The notes under the pieces: generated by a model
The model's input: the letters and a program-made list of their open reading frames with translations, nothing else
The model's database searches: none
What the model was told of the DNA's origin: nothing
Program-made: the position numbers and the translations under genes
Assembly (NCBI GenBank): GCA_000503875.1
Contig: CP006913.1
Location: forward strand, 300,001-332,000
Length of the DNA stretch: 32,000 nt
Source: Candidatus Saccharimonadota bacterium
GTDB taxonomy: Bacteria; Patescibacteriota; Gracilibacteria; Absconditabacterales; Absconditicoccaceae
Direction: 5' to 3'
Shown: one piece after another, positions 1 to 7,713 of the stretch
Numbering within the stretch: the stretch's first letter is position 1
How the letters are laid out: every line of letters starts with the position of its first letter

Positions 1-1621
1 GTTTATTCTTTGTAAGATTAACACTCATATCACCAGGTTTTGCACTTTCACCAACAACCATTCCTTCATACATTTCTGAAGCTGGTTGGATAAAAATTAC
101 CCCTCTTTCTTGAAGCTTCCAAATACTATATTTCATACATTTACCCGTTTCTTGACTAATCATTGATCCTGTTGTTCTTCTAGGAATATCTCCTTTATGA
201 GCAGTATAATGAGAGAAAGAACTATACATAATTCATTCTCCTTTGGTAAGAAGTACAAACTTAGATCTAAATCCAAGTAATCATCTTGTTGGTACATCAA
301 ATTGAAGCGTAGTTAGTCCATGATGAGTCATCATATCGGTCATTTGTCCTTTTCTTTTGGCAAGAAGATCGATAATAGTTCAAGACATTGCTTCATTAAC
401 ACTGATAACTACGTGTTCAATTGGTTCCATTTTTTGTCCGTCTTCCATCTTGAATATTACTTGAGGAGCAGAAACTTGAAGTTCAAATCCTTCTCTTCTC
501 ATAGTTTCAATCAAAACAGACAGATGAAGTTCTCATCTTCCTGCAACAGTAAATCTATTTCCTCATTTATCAAAATCGATTTCTAGTCCTACATTTGTTT
601 GAAGTTCTTTTTGAAGTCTTTCCATAATATTTCTAGAAGTTACCATTTTCCCTTCACGTCATGCAAAAGGTGAATCATTAACTAGAAAATCCATTTTTAA
701 TGTTGGTGCATCTACTTTGATATGAGGAAATGGTTCGCATCATTCGACACCAATTGTTTCTCCTACATAGATATTAGCCAATCATGCAATAGTTGCAATA
801 TCTCAACATTGAGCAGTTTGTGTTTCTACTCTTGAAAGTCCAAGGGTAGTATAAAGTTTTGAAATTCTTCCTTTTCTTTTGTTACCTGCATTATCAAATA
901 CGACAACATCTTGTCCTGTACGAACAGTTCATTCATAAATTCTTCAAATACCAAGTCTACCTACAAAATCATCATAACCTAAATTAGCAACTTGCATACG
1001 AAATGGTTTGTCAGAATAATCTGGTGCTTCAGGAACAACTTTTTCTATAAGTTCGAACAAAGGAAAAATATTTCACGTTTTTCTAGCTTCTTCAAGATCT
1101 TTGAGTTCGTTGAATGCATATCCACCTTTTGCACTACAGTAAATAACAGGAAAATCCATTTGTTCATCAGTAGCTCATAGGGTGAAAAACAATTCAAAAA
1201 GCTGATCTACTACCCAATTAGGTCTAGCAGTATCTTTATCAATTTTATTGATAACAACGATTGGATTAATACCAAGTTCCAATGACTTTTTGAGTACAAA
1301 TTTAGTTTGTGGCATAGGTCATTCATAGGCATCAACGATCAAAAGTACGCTATCAACCATTTTGAGAGCTCTTTCTACTTCACTTCCAAAATCTGCATGT
1401 CCTGGAGTATCTATAATATTAATAGTATTTCCATTGTAATGCACAGACGTATTTTTGGAATAAATAGTAATACCTCTTTCTTTTTCTTGGTCATTACTAT
1501 CCATAATTAAAGTCTGATCTTCCATTTGTTTCATGGTTCCTGACTGAGTAAGGAATGCATCAACCAAGGTTGTTTTACCATGATCTACATGGGCAATAAT
1601 TGCTATATTTCTAATAGCCAT
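1..1621 (-). CDS. typA: Translational GTPase TypA/BipA, partial (C-terminal end lies beyond the left edge)
   Basis: The N-terminus [21 protein letters not shown] carries the P-loop, followed by DTPGHADF and NKID GTPase motifs. The minus-strand frame stays open down to position 1 once TGA is read as Gly. Those TGAs sit on conserved Gly residues (SPFA-G-REGK, GR-G-ELHLS, PTR-G-LLGF). The last readable residues, [21 protein letters not shown], match the TypA C-terminal region. Confidence 0.95.
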
Positions 1622-1640
1622 AATAATAGTCTATTGAATA

Positions 1641-1661
1641 AAAAAAACCGCACAAATGCGG
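1641..1661 (-). terminator. Weak terminator-like hairpin just upstream of the typA start (possible leader or attenuator element)
   Basis: The minus strand reads CCGCA-TTTG-TGCGG followed by a T-run (A-run 1641-1647 on plus). The stem is only 5 bp. The element lies 20 nt before the typA ATG. Confidence 0.25.
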
Positions 1662-1854
1662 ATCTATATAAATAATCTGCGTTTTTTTGATAATATACTT
1701 AGTGCGAGTATAAGGAATTGTAGAACAAAAGCAATAGTGATTCAAAAGCAATAGTATTTCATAAATATTACCAAAAATCTTTGGATATTACCTTGATTAA
1801 AAATCAGAATTATATACAACAATTACCGAAAGTTTTATTTTTTATAGATACGAA

Positions 1855-3648
1855 ATGTATCGTACGCATACGTGTTGACAACTTACTTGAAAAAATGCAT
1901 GAGAGGCTATTGTCCTTTCAGGATGGGTAAATAAAGTAAGAAATTTAGGAGGAATGACCTTTATCGATCTTCGTGATAGATATGGGATAACTCAAGTAAC
2001 CTATGATCCAAGCAGACATACGTTTCCTTTGCCAGATCTCAAATCTGAATATGTTGTAAAAATTTCAGGAACCGTGGTTGCTAGACCAGATTCTATGATA
2101 AACAAAGATATGCCCACTGGCGAAATTGAAATTTCGCCAACAGCTATAGAAGTTTTATCTGACTGTAAAGAACTTCCTTTTCCTGTTGATCACGAAGCTC
2201 CTGTAGGTGAAGATATTAGATTGGAATATCGTTATCTCGATCTCAGAAGACAAACGATGAAAGAAAATATTATAGCAAGACACAAAATATTTACCGAAAC
2301 TATTAAATTTTTTGACGAAGAAAATTTTCTTCATATAGAGACGCCAGCATTTGTCAAAAACACACCAGAATGATCGAGAGAATTCGTGGTTCCTGCAAGA
2401 TTTGAACCAGGAAAATTTTTCGTACTTCCTCAATCTCCTCAACAACAAAAGCAAATGCTTATGGTTGCAGGGATGGATAAGTATGTACAAATAGCAAGAT
2501 GTTTTCGTGATGAAGATCCTAGAGGAGACCGTCAACCAGAATTTACGCAAGTAGATTTTGAAATGTCATTTGTAGAGCAACAAGATGTTTTGGATATCAC
2601 CGAAAAATATTTCCTTGCAGTTTCAAAAAATATTTTTCCTCACAAAACTATTGTTCAAGAAAAATTTCCTATTTATACATGGGAACAGATGATGAATGAC
2701 TATGGATCAGATAAACCAGAATTGAGAACTAAGGAATTTACCTTCAAAGATCTGACTGACCGAGCAAAAAAAACAGATTTTAGTTTGTTTCAACAGGCTG
2801 CTGTAGTCAAAGCAATAGCCTTACCAAAAGCATTAAGTAGATCAGAAGCAGATAAATATGAAACATTTGTCAAACAATATGGCTCAAAAGGACTTGCTTG
2901 GCTTTCTATGACAAGTGAAGGTCTCAAAGGGACCGTGGCGAAATTTATCACTCCAGAAGTACTTGCTGAATTGCCAGGTAAATGAGAAGGAGAATGGACA
3001 TTGTTATTCCAGATAGGAGAACGAGAAGATGTAGTAAAATATCTTGGTATGCTTAGGACAAAACTTCTCCAAGATTTCAATGTGCTCAAAGGGAAAGAGA
3101 ACGAAGTAAGTTTTGCTTTTGTAGTAGATTTTCCATTGTTTGAACTAGGAAATGACGGTTCTTTGGGAGCTGTACATCACCCATTTACGAAGCCAAAAGA
3201 CGAAGATATTCCTTTTGTAAAAGCATTAGGAAAAAAACTCCGCGAATGAGGAAATATGACTGACGAAGAAAAGACAAAACTTTTGGCAATCAAAGCTGAC
3301 TGTTATGATCTGATTTTCAATGGAAACGAAGCAGGTGGAGGAAGTATTAGAATCTATGACAAAGAACTTCAACACGCAATTTTTTCACTTTTGGGACTGA
3401 GTGATAAACAAATTCAAGAAAGATTCTGACATTTACTTAAATGTTTTGAATACGGAGTACCGCCTCATTGAGGATGTGCATTCGGTTTGGATAGAATGGT
3501 TATGTTATACCAAAATATGGAAAATATTCGTGAAGTAATTGCCTTTCCAAAGAATCAAAAATATCGTGATCTTATGATCGACGCTCCTGGTCAAATCGAT
3601 GAAAATTTATTGAAGGAACTAGGATTAGCAGTGATTAAAAAAGAATAA
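1855..3648 (+). CDS. aspS: Aspartyl-tRNA synthetase (597 aa when TGA = Gly)
   Basis: The ATG at 1855 gives [44 protein letters not shown], the AspRS N-terminal OB-fold signature. Track ORFs 1954-2373, 2386-2985 and 3001-3249 are one frame joined by TGA. Class II motifs are present: TPE-G-SREFVVPAR, FRDEDPRGDRQPEFTQVD, GGGSIRIY and PPH-G-GCAFGLDRM. The stop is TAA at 3646. Confidence 0.97.
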
Positions 3649-3666
3649 AAAATATTTCTCTCTACC

Positions 3667-3700
3667 AAAAAGACCTCCCAAAATAGGAGGTCTTTCTTTA
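3667..3700. terminator. Bidirectional rho-independent terminator between aspS and the convergent 3698-4159 gene
   Basis: Stem AGACCTCC (3671-3678) pairs with GGAGGTCT (3686-3693) across a 7-nt loop. An A-run precedes it and a T-rich tract follows. Confidence 0.8.
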
Positions 3701-4159
3701 TTCTTTTGGTTTCTTTTTCCATACCGTATGATTCAACGGGGCAAAGATCCCAATACTTAAATATGTTTCGGAGAAGGCATAATTGGTGCCTACCTCAATA
3801 AATGCTGATGGACTAAATCCACCGTTGGAAATAGTATGTTCCCAGCCAATTCCTAGATAACCTTCTTTATCCTTGATATTTTTTGCCAAACAAAGATATA
3901 CATCTTGATTATCTTTGTACATCCATCCATGGAAAGTAGTTACCGAACCATTGAAGTTATAGGCAAGAGCGTGATATCTTTTAGCGGTACTGAAGTTAAT
4001 ATGTGCGAGTAGGGTAGTTGAAACCTCGAAATTTTTCATATCGAAGTTAACGGTTCCAGCTGCAGGGATAAAGCTCATACCAAGATCAAGCTGTTGACTT
4101 TTTACTTGAAAGGTCAGGGCCACAAAAAAGGCCACAAAAAAGGTGATTTTTCTTTTCAT
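3698..4159 (-). CDS. Secreted beta-rich hypothetical protein (small OMP-barrel-like?), 153 aa
   Basis: The ORF is uninterrupted. It has an N-terminal signal peptide (MKRKITFFVAFFVALTFQVKS-QQ) and an alternating hydrophobic/polar pattern typical of beta strands. It contains no TGA codon, and the stop is TAA. Confidence 0.75.
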   Translation of the reverse strand: MKRKITFFVAFFVALTFQVKSQQLDLGMSFIPAAGTVNFDMKNFEVSTTLLAHINFSTAKRYHALAYNFNGSVTTFHGWMYKDNQDVYLCLAKNIKDKEGYLGIGWEHTISNGGFSPSAFIEVGTNYAFSETYLSIGIFAPLNHTVWKKKPKE

Positions 4160-4351
4160 ATATTTGTTTTATTTTTAATTACAATAGATATTTAGACAAA
4201 AAAGTCAAGCATAAACAATATATAGATATTTTATATTTACAGCTACTTATTTTCAATATTATTTTAACTTGACATAAACCATCTTTTGTTTATGTTTTGC
4301 ACACAGGTTTTTTTTCTGTCAATTTAGATTTTATAAGTATCATCTAGTATT

Positions 4352-5518
4352 ATGACAAATATCAATAAAATTAATTCAGAAAATAGTTTAGAAAACAATT
4401 TACCTTGATTAAAAATAGGAAAATTTTCTTCAGAATTACCTATTGTCCAATGAGGAATGGGAGTAGGAATATCAACACATCGTCTTGCTTGAGAAGTAGC
4501 TTTGAATGGTGGAATAGGTACCTTATCTTCTGCGGGATTAGCAAATATTGCTTTATACAAAGATGAATATATCAAGGCTGTTAAGGATGCTCATACAAAA
4601 GATCCTGTTGTATTAACCAAAATTTTTCAGGAACAAACAAATAAAGCAATCAAACAAGAAATAGCAAAAGCAAAAGAAATAGCACAAGGGAAATGACCTA
4701 TTTTTATAAATATTATGGCTGCTGTAAATGGTTTCAAAGGACAAGTATTGGCTGCTTGTGAATGATGAGTAGATGGAATAGTATGTGGAGCATGATTACC
4801 ATTAAACTTACCAGAAATCACTAAGGAGTATCCAGATATTGCCCTTATCCCTATATTGTCCAATTTAAGATGAGTTAGAATATTGATAAATAGATGGCAA
4901 AAGTATAATAAAATTCCTGACGCTATTGTTTTGGAAGATCCTTCAACTGCATGATGACATTTATGAGCAAAAGATATAAATGCAATAAATAATCCAGATG
5001 TTTTATTAGAAAATTCAATTAGAGAGGTTAAAAAGTATCTTGAAGAATCTGGATACAATATACCAATTATTGCTGCGTGAGGAATTGTAAATAAAGAAGA
5101 TATTCTCAAAATGCTAAAATTATGAGCTTCATGAGTTCAATTATGAACTAGATTTCTTGCAAGTGAAGAAAGTTGAGCAAACGATGAATTTAAACAAGCT
5201 ATTGTGGAGAGTACACAAGATAATATAAAAACATATGTATCTAATGCATACCTGCCTGCCAGAGCATTAGACAGTAGTCCTATTTTTGCTACTATGGAAA
5301 ATGTAGATGTACATACGAGAATATGTCTCAAAAATTGTTTAGAATTTTGTGGATATAGAGACGCTAGTCCTGTAACTGCTCAGATGTGTATATTGAGAGA
5401 ATTAATTAGTAGTACAAAGCCATGATCAAAAAAATGATTGAGATTTGTTGGTACTTCAGCAGCAAGAATCCACGAAATTCTTTCTGTAAAGGATATAATG
5501 GAAGGACTTAAAAAGTAA
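4352..5518 (+). CDS. FMN-dependent nitronate monooxygenase / FabK-like enoyl-ACP reductase family protein (NMO TIM barrel), 388 aa
   Basis: The plus frame from ATG 4352 links track ORFs 4502-4696 and 5204-5425 through many TGA codons. Family motifs appear only with TGA = Gly: PIVQ-G-GMGVGIS, LNGGIGTLSSAG, STA-G-GHL-G-A, IIAA-G-GI and L-G-AS-G-VQL-G-TRF. The larger minus-strand ORFs here are antisense shadows. Confidence 0.88.
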
Positions 5519-5543
5519 AGATGCAGACCAATAGATAATTCCC

Positions 5544-5571
5544 TTGCTTATTGCTCCATAGAATGTATAAT
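5544..5571 (+). promoter_or_regulatory. Sigma70-like promoter for csp
   Basis: TTGCTT (5544-5549), a 16-nt spacer, then TATAAT (5566-5571), about 44 nt upstream of the csp ATG. Confidence 0.45.
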
Positions 5572-5614
5572 AAGCACCGAACATTAGTTCAATTTTTATT
5601 ATTTTTAAATTACA

Positions 5615-5818
5615 ATGACTACAGGTACAGTAAAATTTTTCAATGAAGCAAAATGATTTGGTTTTATTAAAGATGACAATAGTGATGAAGAATCATTTGT
5701 TCATATATCTTCATTAAATGGTATGACTATCAAAGAAGGTGATGCAGTAAAATATGATATCACTCCATCTGAAAAAAGAGAAGGAAAAACAGATGCAAAA
5801 AATGTAGAACTAATCTAA
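5615..5818 (+). CDS. csp: Cold-shock protein (CspA family, S1-like CSD), 67 aa
   Basis: MTTGTVKFFNEAK-G-FGFIKDD...FVHISS contains the RNP1 motif K-G-F-G-F, with its first Gly encoded by TGA, and the RNP2-like FVH. The stop is TAA at 5816. The gene is absent from the ORF track because of the TGA. Confidence 0.93.
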
Positions 5819-5839
5819 TTTTACATATCTAGATTTCGA

Positions 5840-5877
5840 AAAATCATCATGGCAGAAATGCAGGGTGATTTTTTTAT
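5840..5877 (+). terminator. Rho-independent terminator after csp
   Basis: AAAATCATC (5840-5848) pairs with GGTGATTTT (5864-5872), including one G-U pair, and a T-run follows to 5877. Confidence 0.65.
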
Positions 5878-5960
5878 TTAGTTTCAGCTTGTATTATTTA
5901 GTATTGAAATATATAGTAATCAAAAACTTATGAATATAATTTAGTTATATAAAAAATAAA

Positions 5961-6221
5961 ATGCGATTCGTTTATATAGTGAGATGTATTGATGGTTCTT
6001 TGTATACAGGGATAAGTACCGACGTAGAACAAAGAGTAAATAATCATAATACGGCTAAAACCTGAGCAAAATATACCAAAAGCAGGCGTCCTGTTACATT
6101 GATTCGGCACAAAAAAGTTCGCAATAGAAACGAAGCATCCAAGCTAGAATTGCAGATCAAAAAAATGCCAAAACAAAAAAAAGAGGAGCTAGTACTAAAG
6201 GCTCCTAAGCGTAAACAATAA
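5961..6221 (+). CDS. GIY-YIG nuclease superfamily protein (UPF0213 / YhbQ-like), 86 aa
   Basis: MRFVYIVRCIDGSLYTGISTDVEQRVNNHNTAKT-G-AKYTKSRRPVTL matches the GIY...YTG, HN and GAKYT(K/R)xRRP signatures of the family. There is one in-frame TGA = Gly. The minus-strand track ORF 5928-6110 is antisense. Confidence 0.88.
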
Positions 6222-6224
6222 GTA

Positions 6225-6425
6225 TTATTTCCTTTTTTTGAGAAATTCTGTTCTCAGGTATACTCCTTTGATTTCAACTAATTCTGGATCATCAGTGAGG
6301 CGAATTTTTTTGATTGCTTCTCCTTTCTTAAAAACCTGTGAACTTCCTTTTACGGCCAGATCTTTGATAGGTTGTACAGTGTCTCCTGCTTGTAAGATAT
6401 TTCCATTACAATCTTTTGTTTCCAT
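6225..6425 (-). CDS. PhnA/YjdM C-terminal-domain-like small protein, 66 aa
   Basis: DCNGNILQAGDTVQPIKDLAVKGSSQVFKKGEAIKKIRL...EFLKK resembles the PhnA C-terminal domain (DSNGNxLxDGDxVxxIKDLKVKGSS...VKNIRL). It is convergent with the GIY-YIG gene. Confidence 0.8.
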   Translation of the reverse strand: METKDCNGNILQAGDTVQPIKDLAVKGSSQVFKKGEAIKKIRLTDDPELVEIKGVYLRTEFLKKRK

Positions 6426-6503
6426 GGTATAGATGATAGAATAAATACTGAGATATATGCTTATCTACCTAGAAGAAGAAATCAAGACATATTTTTAGAT
6501 GTA

Positions 6504-6531
6504 TTGACATTATTGTACGATTGTATATAAA
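6504..6531 (+). promoter_or_regulatory. Sigma70-like promoter for the HD-domain gene
   Basis: TTGACA (6504-6509), a 16-nt spacer, then TATAAA (6526-6531), about 37 nt upstream of ATG 6568. Confidence 0.5.
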
Positions 6532-6567
6532 TAAGAAATAGGATTTTATCAACTATATGCTAGAAAG

Positions 6568-7152
6568 ATGGATGAAGCAAATACATTTGGAAATACGTTT
6601 GAGAAAGCCTTAGAATATGCGCTAGTTAAGCATAAGGGGCAGTATAGAAAATTTTCAAACATTCCCTATCTTTGGCATCCCATAAGTGTGGCGAAAAATG
6701 TTGAACAAAATAAAACTTCAAAAAATTTGGAGTTACTTCTCACAGCAGCTATATTGCATGATACGGTAGAGGATTGTGAAGAAGTTACTATTGAAGAAAT
6801 TGCAAAAATATTTGGATATAAAGTTGCCGCGTTAGTAGATGAATTAACATCAGATAAAGATCAGATTGAAATTATGGGAAAGACCGAATATTTGAAACAG
6901 AAAATGGAAAAGATGTCATCATATGCCTTAGTTTTGAAATTATCTGATCGTCTAGATAATATAATAGATATTGCCCAAAGGCCAAAAGAATTTCAGGAAA
7001 AATACACCAAAGAAACCATAGAAATTATAAAGCATCTGGAATCATGTTGAAGAAAATTAAGTGAAACCCACAAGAAATTAATCCTCAAGATAAAAACATC
7101 TTTTTTCAATCAAAAACTAGTAAAAGATGTAGTAACATTGGAGATGATGTAA
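6568..7152 (+). CDS. HD-domain protein of the RelA/SpoT hydrolase type (stand-alone small alarmone hydrolase-like), 194 aa
   Basis: ALEYALVKHKGQYRK...PYLWHPISVA...AAILHDTVEDCEEVTIEEIAKIFGYKVAALVDELT...LKLSDRLDN matches the HD_4 / SpoT hydrolase domain pattern. One TGA at 7048 is read through, and the stop is TAA at 7150. Confidence 0.85.
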
Positions 7153-7198
7153 ATGGTTTTTAATAATTAAAATGACTTCTAATTATTATCAGTATAAT

Positions 7199-7230
7199 AA
7201 AAAGTTCCAACCAAAATGGTGGAACTTTTT
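7199..7230. terminator. Bidirectional terminator between the HD gene and the convergent 7248-7583 gene
   Basis: AAAAAGTTCCA (7199-7209) pairs perfectly with TGGAACTTTTT (7220-7230), and the A and T runs are part of the arms. Confidence 0.8.
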
Positions 7231-7247
7231 GATAATAGAAAAGTAAA

Positions 7248-7583
7248 TTAGAATATTTCATCAGGATCTATTCCTGTGACATATTTTACAAATCCCCAAA
7301 GACCGCCAATGCAGATCCAATAAATAAGAACAAATTCATCTTCTTTATCAAGCAACGTAGCAAATTTTGGTGTAGTTGCAATTACGAAAATACACGCAGC
7401 AACAATGCCAATCATAAAGAGCATAAACAAATTAAGTCCAATAATGTTAAGTTTTGCATCTTTTTTATTCCTTTTTTTCCCGTTCACAAGGAAAAGAATA
7501 ATGAAAAACAGGAATAATGATAAGCAAGTAAATCCAATTGTCCAAGGGTTTAGTCTTGCAAAATTAATGGTGTTTTCGATCAT
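7248..7583 (-). CDS. Hypothetical small membrane protein (about 3 TM segments), 111 aa
   Basis: The ORF is uninterrupted and has three hydrophobic stretches separated by a KKRNKKD loop. It is flanked by a terminator. No homology was recognised. Confidence 0.65.
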   Translation of the reverse strand: MIENTINFARLNPWTIGFTCLSLFLFFIILFLVNGKKRNKKDAKLNIIGLNLFMLFMIGIVAACIFVIATTPKFATLLDKEDEFVLIYWICIGGLWGFVKYVTGIDPDEIF

Positions 7584-7679
7584 GATAGTATATTTTAGGT
7601 TTCTGTTTTTTTTAATACAAGCATTATATATATTAGATAATAAAAGTCAATCTTAATTAGTCATATAAGAAGAAGATTT

Positions 7680-7707
7680 TTGAATAAAAATATCTTCTGT
7701 CTATACT
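7680..7707 (+). promoter_or_regulatory. Sigma70-like promoter placed so that the repeat-protein mRNA would be leaderless
   Basis: TTGAAT (7680-7685), a 16-nt spacer, then TATACT (7702-7707). The ATG at 7714 begins 7 nt after the -10 element. Confidence 0.4.
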
Positions 7708-7713
7708 TATTTT

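Noticed and set aside
320-1510. Plus-strand ORFs 320-586, 992-1180 and 1307-1510
   Set aside because: They are antisense to typA, which is unambiguous on the minus strand.
1662-1854. T-box or other known riboswitch leader upstream of aspS
   Set aside because: I could find no T-box consensus, specifier-loop architecture or other conserved riboswitch core by eye. The region is simple A/T-rich sequence.
1944-1956. AGGAGG followed by ATG 1954 as the aspS ribosome-binding site and start
   Set aside because: The conserved AspRS N-terminus (RTHTCGQL...GWV...R..GG..FIDLRDR) is encoded upstream in the same frame from ATG 1855. The AGGAGG simply encodes L-G-G.
2155-3089. Minus-strand ORFs 2155-2550 and 2790-3089
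   Set aside because: They are antisense to aspS.
4118-4141. The perfect 12-nt tandem duplication GGCCACAAAAAA x2 as a regulatory repeat
   Set aside because: It lies inside the signal-peptide coding region (FFVA-FFVA) and is in frame. It is most simply a small slippage duplication with no evident regulatory role.
4324-5331. Minus-strand track ORFs 4324-4575, 4627-5109 (160 aa) and 5137-5331
   Set aside because: These are antisense shadows of the plus-strand NMO/FabK-family gene, which shows clear family motifs. The minus-strand products are low-complexity with no motifs.
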